Positions 24,653 through 35,069 of a stretch of DNA of 38,026 bases are shown here, in pieces. Under the pieces are notes generated by a model. That model saw only the letters and a program-made list of their open reading frames with translations, ran no database searches and was not told the origin of the DNA. The DNA lies in assembly GCA_003135555.1 (NCBI GenBank), contig PLCF01000076.1, forward strand, positions 1-38,026, written 5' to 3'. Positions within the stretch are counted from its first letter, which is position 1; each line of letters begins with the position of its first letter. The stretch is from Vulcanimicrobiota bacterium. GTDB lineage: Bacteria > Vulcanimicrobiota > Vulcanimicrobiia > Vulcanimicrobiales > Vulcanimicrobiaceae. A program made the translations under genes and the position numbers.

Positions 24653-26501
24653 CGATCGGCTCGTCGGGATGCGGGGGTTCGGCGCGGCCACCCAGATTGT
24701 CGCGCAAGAACGCTTCCACGGCGGCGTTGAAGCGCTTGTTGTTCTCGGGACGGACGAAGCCATGGCCCTCGTCCTCGAAAACGACGTACGTCACGGCTTG
24801 GCCGTTGCCGCGCATCGCCGCGACGATCTGATCCGACTCGGCGATCTTGACGCGCGGATCGTTGGCGCCTTGCCCGATCAGCAGCGGTGCCCGGATCGCG
24901 TCGGCCCGGTGAAGCGGCGATTGCGCTGCGAGAAACGCCGCGCTGTCGCCCATACGGCGCGTGAACGTTGCGCGTCCGGTCTCCCAGTACGGCGGGATCG
25001 AGCCGAGCAGGGTGTTGAGGTTGGACGGGCCGACGATGTCGACTCCACAGGCGAATGCGTCCGGCGCGAAGGCCAGCGCCGCCAAGGTCGCGTAGCCGCC
25101 GTACGAACCGCCCATGATCCCGACGCGCGCCGGGTCGGCGATCCCGCGTTCCACCAGCCACGCCTTCGCGTCGAGGAGATCGGTGTGCATCGCGCCGGCC
25201 CATTCGCGGTCGCCGGCGTTGAGGTGCGCTTTGCCGTAGCCGGTCGAACCGCGGAAGTTCGGCTGCAGCACCGCGTACCCGCGATTGGCGAGCCACTGCA
25301 CGTTGCCGTTGTATCCCCACACGTCCCGGTTCCACGGTCCGCCGTGGACGAGCACGATCGCGGGCAGTCCCCGCGGTTCGACCCCGAACGGCGTGGTGAG
25401 ATAGCCGTGAATCGTCAATCCGTCGCGCGCCGCGTACCGTATCGGCTCCATCGTGCCGAGCCGGTAGGCGTCGAGCGCAGGCCGCGTCGCGAACAGTTTG
25501 GTGGCCCGTCGCGTGGTGCGGTCGTAGCTCCAGAACGACACGGACCCCACGTCGATGACCGAACCGATGAGCCAGGTGCGTTCGTCGCGGTCGATCGACG
25601 TGACGCTGAGGTCGCCGGGGATTTGCTCCGCCAGCGACGTAAAGTCCGGCGCATAGGCAGGGTCGAGCACGATCCATTCGACGCGATCCCGCACCACGGA
25701 CAGGGCGAACGGCTGTTTCGTGCGCGGCGAGAAGACGACGTTGGACACGTCGAACTGGGGATCGCCCGCGACGTCACGCCGCGTTCCGGTCGCCACGTCG
25801 TAGCCGACCAGCCGCGCGGCATTCGCGCCGGCGCTGGTTATCACCAGCAGCGCGTCGCCCTCGGCGCTAAAACCGACGGGTTGGGGCGGCCCGTCGTCGG
25901 GGTGAAACGTTGCCAGCGAACGCCAGGGAGCGCCCGCGTCGTCGCGCACGAGGAGTTCAGAGCTCGCGTCGGGGTGCTGCACGACGCCGCCGCGCACGAC
26001 CATGCGCGCATCCTCGACGAAGGCGCCGATGGTCCCGGGGTTCTCCGTGTCGAGCGCCGTCTCGCCGGTACGCGGGTCGAGGCGATAGACGTCGAACAGC
26101 GTGGCGTCGCGGTGGTTCGCCGTGATCAGCATTTGGTCGGGGCGCCACGGGTCGAGCGCTTGCACGTCGACGCGCGCCCCCGGGTACGGCGTCAGGTCGG
26201 TGGGCTCGGCCCCGCCTTGCGGATCGGCCGCGAACAAATGGAAGTTCTCGTCGCCGGCCGAGTCTTGCAGAAACAACACGCGAGCACCGTCGGGCGACCA
26301 GAAGGCCTCGCGAATAGGACGCTTGGGATCGACCGCGACGACGCGGTCGTCGGCGGCGCCGATGGTACGCACCCACACCGCGAGCGTTCCGCCCGACGGC
26401 GCGAGGTACGTGATGCGCGTCCCGTCGGGCGAGAGCGACGGCCCAGCTTTTTCGGGATAACTGAACAGCACGTCGCGTGGGATGAGCTCGACCGAAGACA
26501 C
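24636..26501 (-). CDS. S9 family peptidase (prolyl oligopeptidase/acylaminoacyl peptidase-like)
   Basis: VHGGPW, GGSYGG nucleophile, GANDPRV and DEGHG motifs. Start GTG 26501. Confidence 0.92.
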   Translation of the reverse strand: MSSVELIPRDVLFSYPEKAGPSLSPDGTRITYLAPSGGTLAVWVRTIGAADDRVVAVDPKRPIREAFWSPDGARVLFLQDSAGDENFHLFAADPQGGAEPTDLTPYPGARVDVQALDPWRPDQMLITANHRDATLFDVYRLDPRTGETALDTENPGTIGAFVEDARMVVRGGVVQHPDASSELLVRDDAGAPWRSLATFHPDDGPPQPVGFSAEGDALLVITSAGANAARLVGYDVATGTRRDVAGDPQFDVSNVVFSPRTKQPFALSVVRDRVEWIVLDPAYAPDFTSLAEQIPGDLSVTSIDRDERTWLIGSVIDVGSVSFWSYDRTTRRATKLFATRPALDAYRLGTMEPIRYAARDGLTIHGYLTTPFGVEPRGLPAIVLVHGGPWNRDVWGYNGNVQWLANRGYAVLQPNFRGSTGYGKAHLNAGDREWAGAMHTDLLDAKAWLVERGIADPARVGIMGGSYGGYATLAALAFAPDAFACGVDIVGPSNLNTLLGSIPPYWETGRATFTRRMGDSAAFLAAQSPLHRADAIRAPLLIGQGANDPRVKIAESDQIVAAMRGNGQAVTYVVFEDEGHGFVRPENNKRFNAAVEAFLRDNLGGRAEPPHPDEPIDAYLR

Positions 26502-26556
26502 CTGCCGATCATGCCGCGCGGCGGCGGCCGGCTCCTCGCGCTGCGCCCAAACGCGC

Positions 26557-27879
26557 TTAGTCGAACGCCAGGCGGATCGCCGCGGCGAGGTCGCGCGCAC
26601 CTTCGGGCGTCACCAGCCGGCCGAAGCCGAGCTTCGTCGCTTCCGCCGCTCGGCGCGCCGGCTGCGAGACGTTGCGAACTTCGCCCGACAGGCCGAGCTC
26701 GCCGAAGGCGACGGTACCGGCTGCGAGCGCGACGTCGCGATGCGCCGACGCGATCGCCAGCGCGATGCCGAGGTCGGCGCCGGTTTCGGAGATCCGCAAG
26801 CCGCCCGCTACCGAGCAGTAGACGTCGTGGCCGCCGAGCTGCAGCCCGGCCCGGCGTTCAAGGATCGCGATGATCATCGCCATGCGCGCGGCGTCGACGT
26901 TGGCGGCAAGACGGCGTGGCGTCCCGTACGCGGCCTCGCCGACGAGGGCCTGAATCTCGACGAGCACGGGCCGCATGCCGACCAAGGTCGCGACGACGCA
27001 GGTTCCGCTGGGCCGCGGGCCGCGGCCGTGCAGAAACAGCGCTGAGGGATCGGCGACCTCGTGCAGGCCGCGGTCGTCCATCGAGAAGACGCAGATCTCG
27101 TCGATTCCGCCGAAGCGATTCTTGTACGCGCGCACGATGCGGTACTCGCCGGACTGGTCGCCCTCGAAGTACAGCACGGTGTCGACGAGGTGCTCGAGCA
27201 GTCGCGGCCCGGCGATCGCACCGTCCTTGGTGACGTGGCCGACCAGAAACGTCGCGCAGCCGGTGCGCTTGGCGAACTCCATGAGCACCTGCGTGCAGTC
27301 GCGCACCTGCGCGACGCTGCCGGCGAACGACTCCACCTCGGGCAACCACATCGTTTGGATCGAGTCGACGACGAGCACGTCGGGCAGCTCGCGTTCGAGC
27401 GCGTCGATGATCGCGCGCAAATTCGTCTCCGCAAAGACGAGCAGCGACTCCGACGCGCCGACGCGCTGGGCGCGCAGCTTGGTCTGGGCCGCCGACTCCT
27501 CACCGCACACGTAGACCGCGCGCGAACCGTCGCGGGCCAACTTCGTCGCGAGTTGCAGCAGCAGCGTCGACTTGCCCGCGCCGGGCGGACCTCCCAGCAG
27601 CACCAGGCTCCCAGGCACGATCCCGCCGCCGAGCAACGCGTCGAACTCGGCCATCCCGGTGCGGCGGCGCGCGACTCGCGTATCGTCGATCGTTGCCAAA
27701 GGCACCGGCCCGGTGCTGCGCAGGGGCGCGACCGCGCGGCCTTGCGCGCCCTTCGCGGGCTTGACCACCGGTGCGTCCTCGAACGTGTTCCACGCCTCGC
27801 ACGACGGACACCGCCCGAGCCAGCGCGCCGACTCGAACCCACACCCGGTGCAATAGAACGCCGATTTGGCCTTGGCCAC
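26557..27879 (-). CDS. radA: DNA repair protein RadA/Sms
   Basis: C4 zinc finger CTGCG...CPSC, Walker A GPPGAGKST, KNRFG motif. Confidence 0.95.
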   Translation of the reverse strand: MAKAKSAFYCTGCGFESARWLGRCPSCEAWNTFEDAPVVKPAKGAQGRAVAPLRSTGPVPLATIDDTRVARRRTGMAEFDALLGGGIVPGSLVLLGGPPGAGKSTLLLQLATKLARDGSRAVYVCGEESAAQTKLRAQRVGASESLLVFAETNLRAIIDALERELPDVLVVDSIQTMWLPEVESFAGSVAQVRDCTQVLMEFAKRTGCATFLVGHVTKDGAIAGPRLLEHLVDTVLYFEGDQSGEYRIVRAYKNRFGGIDEICVFSMDDRGLHEVADPSALFLHGRGPRPSGTCVVATLVGMRPVLVEIQALVGEAAYGTPRRLAANVDAARMAMIIAILERRAGLQLGGHDVYCSVAGGLRISETGADLGIALAIASAHRDVALAAGTVAFGELGLSGEVRNVSQPARRAAEATKLGFGRLVTPEGARDLAAAIRLAFD

Positions 27880-28002
27880 GAGACGATCTTCGCGCACCGG
27901 TGTGCCAACTGCCTGGCCCACGCGTTAAAGGCGCGCGCGGGCCGCCATTGCCAGACGCGCACGCGGACCCTAGTGAGTTCGCGGAGAACGTGCCGACCCG
28001 GC

Positions 28003-28683
28003 ATGGAGAACAGCAACGTCGCCATTGACGGATTTTCGGCCGCGGGTAAGACAACCGCGGCACTGCTCTTGGCTTCCGAGCTGGGCTATCTCTACCTCGA
28101 CACGGGAGCGATGTACCGGTCCGTTGCGTATCTCGCGCTGCGCAACGGCGTCGATCTCGACAATGAGACCGGGCTGGTTTCGATGCTCGCGCAGCACACG
28201 ATCTCGATCGTTCCCGACGACGCGGCGACTGCCGGGTACCGGGTGCTCATCGACGGCCGCGGCACCGGCGAGCGGCTCTTCGACCCCGACGTTGCCGCGG
28301 CGGTGTCGACGGTCGCGGCGCGTCCGGCGATCCGGCGCGAGCTCGTTGGGCGCCAGCGTGCGATCGCGGCGCAGGGTCCGGTGGTGATGGCTGGGCGGGA
28401 CATCGGTACGGTCGTCCTGTCTGACGCCCGCTACAAGTTCTTCCTCACGGCCTCGGTCGACGAACGCGCGCGGCGCCGTCAGGCCGAGTTCCGCGAGCGC
28501 GGTTTGGACGTCGCCCTCGACGACGTACAGGCGCAGATCGTCGAGCGCGACCGGCTCGACTCGACGCGTGCGATCTCTCCGTTGCGGGCCGCCGCCGACG
28601 CGATCACCATCGACTCGACCGACCTGCGTCCCGACGAGGTCGTCGCGCGGATGCGAGCCGCGATGGAACGCGCGCCGGCGTGA
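28003..28683 (+). CDS. cmk: Cytidylate kinase
   Basis: AIDG..AGKT, YLDTGAMYR and GRDIGTVV motifs. Confidence 0.93.
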   Translation: MENSNVAIDGFSAAGKTTAALLLASELGYLYLDTGAMYRSVAYLALRNGVDLDNETGLVSMLAQHTISIVPDDAATAGYRVLIDGRGTGERLFDPDVAAAVSTVAARPAIRRELVGRQRAIAAQGPVVMAGRDIGTVVLSDARYKFFLTASVDERARRRQAEFRERGLDVALDDVQAQIVERDRLDSTRAISPLRAAADAITIDSTDLRPDEVVARMRAAMERAPA

Positions 28684-29267
28684 CCTTCTACGCCTTCGCG
28701 AAGCTCGTCGTCGGGGGTATTTTGCGGATTGGTTTCCGGTTTCGCGTCGTGGGGGCCGAGAAGGTCCCTCGCACCGGCGGGCTGATCGTCGCCGCGAACC
28801 ACATCTCGAACTTTGACCCGCCGATCCTGGGCGTCGCGATGCCGCGGCCGGTCTCGTACATGGCCAAGAAAGAGCTCTTCCCGATTCCGGTCCTACGGTG
28901 GATGCTGCCGCGCCTCAACGCCTTTCCGGTCGACCGGGCGGCCGGCGGAACGGCGGCGATCCGTGCCTCGCTGCGGATGTTGAAGGAAGGGCGCTGTGTC
29001 GGGATCTTCCCCGAGGGCGGCCGCAACCTGACCGGGACCAACGAGGAGAAGGCCGGCGCCGCGTTCCTCGCCGCGGCGTCCGGGGCGCCGGTCGTGCCGG
29101 CGGCGATCGTGGGGACCCGGCGGCTTCGGCCCTTCGGACGGGTGACGGTGATTTTCGGCGAGCCGCTGCACGTGGAACGGAACCGGCAGTCGGACGGAGC
29201 CGATCTGGAGAAGGGAGCGACGGAGATCATGCAGCGGATTCGCGCGCTCGAGGAGAGCAACCGGTGA
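28680..29267 (+). CDS. plsC: 1-acyl-sn-glycerol-3-phosphate acyltransferase
   Basis: NHISNFD (HX4D) and FPEG motifs. Confidence 0.88.
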   Translation: MTFYAFAKLVVGGILRIGFRFRVVGAEKVPRTGGLIVAANHISNFDPPILGVAMPRPVSYMAKKELFPIPVLRWMLPRLNAFPVDRAAGGTAAIRASLRMLKEGRCVGIFPEGGRNLTGTNEEKAGAAFLAAASGAPVVPAAIVGTRRLRPFGRVTVIFGEPLHVERNRQSDGADLEKGATEIMQRIRALEESNR

Positions 29268-30109
29268 TTATCAAGCGGGCGAAGACCCAGGGCTTCTGCT
29301 TCGGCGTCGCCATCACGGTCAAGAAGGCTGAGGAAGCGGTCGAGCGCCTCGGTGCCGGCGTGACGACGTTGGGGCACGTCGTGCACAACCCGCAGATGGT
29401 GGCGTCCCTCGAAGCCAAGGGGCTCAAGAACGCCGCCTCGGTCGACGAGATCGACACCGAGGCGATGTTCGTGCGCGCGCACGGCCTGCCGGTCGAGGTG
29501 CTCGAGCGCGCCGAAGCACGCGGGCTGACGATCATCGACGCGACCTGCCCGATGGTGACCAAGATCCACGTGCAGGCCGAGAAGCTGCGCGCGGAAGGCT
29601 ACAAGATCGTCGTCGTCGGCGACCCGCACCACCCCGAGGTGAAAGGCACGCTCTCGCACGTCCCCGGCGCCTGGTGCATCACCACCGTCGAGGACATCGA
29701 CGCGCTGCCGCGTGCCAGCCGCGTCGGCGTGGTCGTGCAGTCGACCTGGAACGGCCCCGGCTTCACCGACATCGTGCGCAAGCTCAGCGAGAAGTACTAC
29801 GAAGTCCGTGCGATCAACACGATCTGCACCGATACCAAGAACCGCCAGAGCGAGGTCGAGACGCTCTCGCGCGAGGTCGACGTGATGGTGGTCGTAGGGG
29901 GCAAGACCTCGGCCAACACCAAGCACCTCGCCGAGCTGGCCGCGATCAACGGCGCCCGAGCCTACCACATCGAGGGGCCCGACGAGTTGCGCGCCGAGTG
30001 GTTCGCAGGTATCGGTACCGCGGGGCTGATGTCGGGCGCCTCGACGCCCGGCTGGCTGGTCGACCAGGTCTCGGACCGGATGGATGAACTCGCCGGCAAC
30101 TCTCGATAG
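29264..30109 (+). CDS. ispH: 4-hydroxy-3-methylbut-2-enyl diphosphate reductase
   Basis: GFCFGV, VHN, RAHG, DATCP, HPEV, NTIC, SANT and GASTP motifs. GTG 29264 overlaps the plsC stop. Confidence 0.95.
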   Translation: MIIKRAKTQGFCFGVAITVKKAEEAVERLGAGVTTLGHVVHNPQMVASLEAKGLKNAASVDEIDTEAMFVRAHGLPVEVLERAEARGLTIIDATCPMVTKIHVQAEKLRAEGYKIVVVGDPHHPEVKGTLSHVPGAWCITTVEDIDALPRASRVGVVVQSTWNGPGFTDIVRKLSEKYYEVRAINTICTDTKNRQSEVETLSREVDVMVVVGGKTSANTKHLAELAAINGARAYHIEGPDELRAEWFAGIGTAGLMSGASTPGWLVDQVSDRMDELAGNSR

Positions 30110-31076
30110 CCTCGAAGCGGCCCTGGAGCGCGCCGTCGCGCGATTCGACGACGGCTCGACCACGAGCGCCCAGATCCGGTACCACTTCGGCTTCGGCGAG
30201 GACGCGCGGCGCGGGAAGCGGTTGCGTTCGCGTTTGCTGCTCGAGGTTGCAGAAGAGGAAGGCGGCGCGCCGCAGGAGGCACTCGAGGCGGGCTGCGCAG
30301 TCGAGATCATCCACGAGTTCTCGCTCATCCACGACGACATCGAGGACGGCGATCGGCTGCGGCGCGGGCGCGAGACACTGTGGTCGCGCTACGGGCTCGC
30401 GCACGGGATCAACGCCGGCGACGCGCTGTGCTCGGTCGCTTACCTGACCTTGCTCGAGGGGAGCAGCGCCGCGCCGGGGCGCAAGCTGGCCATGAATCGC
30501 GTCCTGCTGGCCGCGCACCTGGCGATGTGCAGCGGGCAAGGACGGGACATTGCCTTCGAGACCGAACCGCGGGTGACGATGGAGGACTACCGGGCCATGA
30601 TCGGCGGCAAGACTGCGGCCCTGTTCGGCGCGGCGTGCGAGCTGGGCGCGCTCTCGGCCGGCGCGTCGCCGGAACGTGCCGGCGCTTACGCCCAGCTTGG
30701 CGTCGCGTACGGCGTCGCGTTCCAGATCGAAGACGACGTGCTCGGGACCTGGGGCGACTCGGCGACCACCGGCAAGCCGTGCGGCGCCGACCTGGCCAAA
30801 CGGAAGTGGACCTTCCCGGTCGTCTGGGCGCTCGCCGGGCCGCCCTCGGCGGCGCGGGCCGGGATCGCTGCCGCGTACGCGCGCGGCACGGCACTGACCG
30901 AATCCGACGTGACCGCGACGATGGCGGCACTCGAGCTGTTGGGTGCGCGCGCTGCGGCGCTGCGCGCGTCGCGCGACGAGCTGCGGCAAGCCGATGCACT
31001 TACCGACGCGCGCGGGATCGACCGCAGCGGGCGGGTGCGCGGGTTCTTCCAGCGCGCGGCACGACGGGTAGCATGA
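30084..31076 (+). CDS. Trans-polyprenyl diphosphate synthase, probably short-chain (FPP/GGPP type)
   Basis: GKRLR, FSLIHDDIED (FARM with bulky Phe at -5), GQGRD, KT and QIEDD motifs. Confidence 0.85.
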   Translation: MNSPATLDSLEAALERAVARFDDGSTTSAQIRYHFGFGEDARRGKRLRSRLLLEVAEEEGGAPQEALEAGCAVEIIHEFSLIHDDIEDGDRLRRGRETLWSRYGLAHGINAGDALCSVAYLTLLEGSSAAPGRKLAMNRVLLAAHLAMCSGQGRDIAFETEPRVTMEDYRAMIGGKTAALFGAACELGALSAGASPERAGAYAQLGVAYGVAFQIEDDVLGTWGDSATTGKPCGADLAKRKWTFPVVWALAGPPSAARAGIAAAYARGTALTESDVTATMAALELLGARAAALRASRDELRQADALTDARGIDRSGRVRGFFQRAARRVA

Positions 31077-34000
31077 GCGCATCGGCTCGGACGGGCTTTG
31101 CCCCGGCGACCTCCGCGCGCAGCGCGCTGGGCCCGCTGGGCGCGATCCTCGGGGTCGGCTTGCTGTTGCGGCTGCTGTTTTTGAGCAGCACCGGATTTCA
31201 CAACGACGTCAGCTCGTTCGAGTCGTGGACGACAACGCTGCGCGACTACCCCACCTGGCAATTCTACGCCAAGGCCGGGTTCTCGGACTATCCGCCGGGC
31301 TATTTCGTCGTCTTGTGGCTGCTCGCGAAGGTCGCCGCGCTGTTCCCTAGCGCCGGCGAGCCGTTCTTGCGCGCGCTGGTCAAGCTTCCGGCGATCGCGA
31401 TGGACCTCGTCAACGCCGGCGTGGTGTATTTGATCGTACGGCGCTACGCGGCGCAAAGCGTCGCGCTCGCGGGCGCGGCGCTGCTGGCGCTCAACCCGGC
31501 GGCGATTTACGTGTCGAGCTATTGGGGGCAGGTCGACTCGGTGTCGTGGGGCTTCGTCCTGATCGCCTTGTGGATGGTCCTGCGCTCCGGCGACGAGCCC
31601 GGCAAGACGGTCCCGCGGCTCACGCTGGCGTGGCTGGCGCTGGCGTTCTCGGTCCTCATGAAGCCGCAGGCGTCGACGATCGCGTTCTTGTTCTTGGCCT
31701 ATCCGTTCGCGACGTCCGATGTCGTGGTGCGCCGGCGGCGCCTCGTGGGCACCGGCATCGGGGTCGCTGCCGCGTTCGGTCTGGCCGGCGCGATCGGGTT
31801 GGCCTTCCACCCCGCGCCCGACGTGTACGGCTGGCTCTTCGGCCGCTACGCGTTCGGCAGCAACGTGTATCCGTACAATACGGTCAACGCGTTCAACCTC
31901 TACGCGTTGCGCCAGCCGTTCTGGGAGGCGGACAATACCGTGCTCCAGGTGTTCGGCTTCGCGGCCGGGACGCTCGCGGTCTGGGGCATCGTGCTCGTCG
32001 CCGCCTCGACGGCGCTCATCGTCGGGCGCTACTTGCAGCGCCGCGACGATCGCGCGCTGCTCGAGGGCGCGATGCTGTGCGCGTTGGCGTTCTTCGTGCT
32101 GGCGACGCGCATGCACGAGCGCTACGTCTACGGCGCGTTCTTGCTCGCGATGCCGCTGCTCGCGTTCGGCCGCGGGCTGGTGTGGCCGGCGATCGTCCTG
32201 ACCGTTACGATGTACCTCAACCTGGGCTACTCGCTGGCCTATCAGACGGCGATGGAGCTCCACCTTCAGGTCGACGCCCGGAACCTGTGGCCGTTGGTGT
32301 CGCACCCGGCCGCGTTCGCGAACGTGTTGCTGTTCTTCTGGTCCGGCTATCTCTATCTCGGCGGGGTCGAGCGCAGCGCCGTCGCCGAGGGTGCACCGGG
32401 CGCGGCGATCTCGCCGTGGAGCCGAGCCTACGCGGGGGTCGCGGCCAAGGCGCGCGGCTGGTTCGATCCGCACGAGGGGCTGGTGCGCATGACGCGCGCC
32501 GATTGGCTCCTCGCCGGCGGGATCGGCCTCTTGGCGCTCGCGATCGGGCTGATCGGGTATTCGTGGCCGCACGAAAAGATCTTCGACGAGGTGTACTACG
32601 CGCGCGACGGCGAGGAGTACCTGCGCAACATCACCCAGTACGAGTGGACCCACCCGCCGTTCACCAAACTCGTCATCGCGGCGTCGATGTGGCTTTTCGG
32701 CGGGCTGCACGGTCTGGGCAACACGTCCTACGGCTGGCGGTTTCTCAACATCGTGATCGGCGCGTTGGAGTGCACCCTGCTGTACGCCTTCGCGAAGCGT
32801 TTGACCGCAACCACGTGGCTCGCGGCGCTCGGTGGACTGCTGCTCGCGTTCGACGGCTTCCATTACGTCGAGTCGCGTATCTCCACGGGCGAGATCACGA
32901 TCGCGACCCTCGCGTTGCTGGTTCTCTACGCGCTGTACCGCTACGTCCTGGCCGCGCAGATTCGCGTGAAACCGGTCATCCCCGGTCGGTTCGGCCCGGT
33001 ATTTTGGAGCGTCGCCGCCGCCGGCACCGTCGCCGCTGCCGGGTTCTCTTGGCTGGTGAACCTGCTGCCGGCGCATCGCAACATCGAGATCGTCGCCGGC
33101 GTCAACCCCGTCAATCCGAGCGTTACCGACTACTGGTATCCGTGGGTCGTGGCGTTCGTCTACTTCGAGCTGGGCGTGTACCTGCTCGCGCGCTGGATCG
33201 ACTCGCGCCGGGCGCGCGCGGGCGCCGTCGCGTCGTTTCCCGACGGCACGGTCGTGCGCACCGACGATAACGGAGTCGTCGCCGTGACGGCACCCCAGGG
33301 CAGCGACCCACCCGACTTGCGGGTGCGCGTCGACCGAGCCGGCGTCGAGACATATCAGACCCCAGCCGGCAGTGCGACCTTCACGACCGCCGGCGTGCTC
33401 AGCGCCGCCGACGGGTTGACGGTCAACGCCGGCGAGGCGCGGATCTGGCTGGTGGTGCTGGCCGTCGCGCTGGGTCTGCTGCTGTCGAGCAAGTGGAGCG
33501 GGATGCTCGACCTCGTCGTGACCTGGGGAGTCGTCATCGCGATAAGCGCGCAGCGGTTCTTGCCCGGCCGAGCGTTGTACGGCAACCCGCGCGGGTTTCC
33601 GATCGACATCGCGCTCGGCCTCACCGCGTTCGTCGCTGCGACGATCTATCTGATCACCTACATCCCGTTCTTTCTGCTCGGGCACAGCTTCTCGGACCTC
33701 ATCGCGTTGACGCAGCAGATGTGGTGGTACCACTCCGCGACCGTCGCGAAGGCGACGCATCCGTATTCCTCGCTGTGGTGGCAGTGGCCGATCGAGCAGA
33801 TCCCGATCTCCTACTACTACAAAGACTTCCGCACCGCCGTCGACGCCGGAAACGGGGCGGCGTGCTGCGTCGCGGAGATCCTGGCGCTGCCCAACCCGGC
33901 GGTCTTCTTGCTGGGGCTGATCTCGGTTCCGTTCACCGCCTGGCTGGCGTGGCAGAAGCGGCACAAGGGCTACGCGCTGCTCGCGATCGCGTACGTTTTG

Positions 34001-34309
34001 CAGTGGCTCCCGTATTCCGGCTCGCCGCGGATCATGTGGGAGTACCACTTCTTTCCGAACCTTGCGGTCATCGTGCTGTGCGACGTCGTGCTGATCGAAC
34101 ACGTCTGGGCGCGCCTCAAGCAGCAATCGCTGGGCACCGCACGCTGGTCGCTGGGGCTGTACGGTGCGCTGGTGATCGCGCTGTTCGCGTTCTTCTATCC
34201 GGTCCTGGCCGGGACGAAGACGACCTACAATCAGTGGTACCAGCGCATGTGGCCCGACGTACTGGGCATCCCGGGGGTGAGTTGGATCATCCCGCACCGC
34301 AACCAATAG
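31073..34309 (+). CDS. Fused GT-C glycosyltransferase (GT87/ALG-like) + protein O-mannosyltransferase (PMT/GT39)-like membrane protein
   Basis: N-half has DYPPGY, KLPAI, WGQVDS and MHERY. C-half has IFDEVYY, EWTHPP, GWRF, KWSG, HPYSSLWWQWP and YHFFP. 1078 aa, ATGA overlap with the upstream gene. Confidence 0.8.
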   Translation: MSASARTGFAPATSARSALGPLGAILGVGLLLRLLFLSSTGFHNDVSSFESWTTTLRDYPTWQFYAKAGFSDYPPGYFVVLWLLAKVAALFPSAGEPFLRALVKLPAIAMDLVNAGVVYLIVRRYAAQSVALAGAALLALNPAAIYVSSYWGQVDSVSWGFVLIALWMVLRSGDEPGKTVPRLTLAWLALAFSVLMKPQASTIAFLFLAYPFATSDVVVRRRRLVGTGIGVAAAFGLAGAIGLAFHPAPDVYGWLFGRYAFGSNVYPYNTVNAFNLYALRQPFWEADNTVLQVFGFAAGTLAVWGIVLVAASTALIVGRYLQRRDDRALLEGAMLCALAFFVLATRMHERYVYGAFLLAMPLLAFGRGLVWPAIVLTVTMYLNLGYSLAYQTAMELHLQVDARNLWPLVSHPAAFANVLLFFWSGYLYLGGVERSAVAEGAPGAAISPWSRAYAGVAAKARGWFDPHEGLVRMTRADWLLAGGIGLLALAIGLIGYSWPHEKIFDEVYYARDGEEYLRNITQYEWTHPPFTKLVIAASMWLFGGLHGLGNTSYGWRFLNIVIGALECTLLYAFAKRLTATTWLAALGGLLLAFDGFHYVESRISTGEITIATLALLVLYALYRYVLAAQIRVKPVIPGRFGPVFWSVAAAGTVAAAGFSWLVNLLPAHRNIEIVAGVNPVNPSVTDYWYPWVVAFVYFELGVYLLARWIDSRRARAGAVASFPDGTVVRTDDNGVVAVTAPQGSDPPDLRVRVDRAGVETYQTPAGSATFTTAGVLSAADGLTVNAGEARIWLVVLAVALGLLLSSKWSGMLDLVVTWGVVIAISAQRFLPGRALYGNPRGFPIDIALGLTAFVAATIYLITYIPFFLLGHSFSDLIALTQQMWWYHSATVAKATHPYSSLWWQWPIEQIPISYYYKDFRTAVDAGNGAACCVAEILALPNPAVFLLGLISVPFTAWLAWQKRHKGYALLAIAYVLQWLPYSGSPRIMWEYHFFPNLAVIVLCDVVLIEHVWARLKQQSLGTARWSLGLYGALVIALFAFFYPVLAGTKTTYNQWYQRMWPDVLGIPGVSWIIPHRNQ

Positions 34310-34325
34310 ACGAGAGCCGGCGCAC

Positions 34326-35069
34326 ATGTCAGGGCATTCGAAATGGCACAACATCAAGCTCCGCAAGGGCAAGGTCGACGCGCAGCGCGGCGCGCTCTTC
34401 ACCAAGCTCAGCAAAGAGATCATCCTCGCCGCCAAGAACGGTTCGCCCGATCCTGAGGCCAACTACCGGCTCAAGATGGCAGTCGAAAAGGCGCGCGAGA
34501 ACAACATGCCTGCGGACAACATCAAGCGGGCGATCGGGCGCGCGACCGGCGGCGCGGGAGAGCGCGAGATCGAGGAGATTCGCTACGAAGGATACGGGCC
34601 GGCCGGCGTGGCCGTGATCGTCGACGCGGCGACCGACAACCGCAATCGCACGGCGTCGGAGCTGCGCTTTCTGTTCAGCCGCAACGACGCAACGCTGGGC
34701 GAGACGGGGAGCGTCGGGTGGATGTTCGCGCCGCGCGGCATCGTCGAGGTCGAGCCCGGGCGGCTGTCCGAGGACGAGCTCACCGAAAAAGCTCTCGTCG
34801 ACGGCGTGATCGACGTGCGCTTTGGTGAGGTCGCCGAGGTCGTCACGGAGATGCAGTCGCTGATGGCGGTGAAGGAAGCGCTCGAGGCGCAGGGCGTGCG
34901 CGTGCGCTCGGCGCAGCTGGCGATGGAACCGACGCAGACCGTGCGGCCCAGCGGTGCCGATGCCGAAAAAATCCTGAGCTTCCTCGACGCGCTCGACGAG
35001 CACGAAGACGTGCAGCACGTGTACAGCAACGCGGACTTCGACGACGCACAGCTGGAGGCGCTGGCCTGA
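34326..35069 (+). CDS. yebC: YebC/PmpR (TACO1) family protein
   Basis: MSGHSKWHNIK, YEGYGPAGV, TDNRNRT and DVQHVYSN motifs. Confidence 0.95.
   Translation: MSGHSKWHNIKLRKGKVDAQRGALFTKLSKEIILAAKNGSPDPEANYRLKMAVEKARENNMPADNIKRAIGRATGGAGEREIEEIRYEGYGPAGVAVIVDAATDNRNRTASELRFLFSRNDATLGETGSVGWMFAPRGIVEVEPGRLSEDELTEKALVDGVIDVRFGEVAEVVTEMQSLMAVKEALEAQGVRVRSAQLAMEPTQTVRPSGADAEKILSFLDALDEHEDVQHVYSNADFDDAQLEALA

Noticed and set aside
28021..28056. Cmk P-loop variant DGFSAAGKT (usually DGPxxxGKS)
   Set aside because: The GK[ST] core and other motifs are intact, so this is likely ordinary divergence.
24474..34462. Very long antisense or alternative-frame ORFs (e.g. 24474-26873 +, 28688-30340 -, 30686-34462 -, 31522-33270 +)
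   Set aside because: Shadow ORFs expected from high GC3 codon bias. They are Arg/Ala/Gly-rich, carry no motifs and fully overlap well-supported genes.
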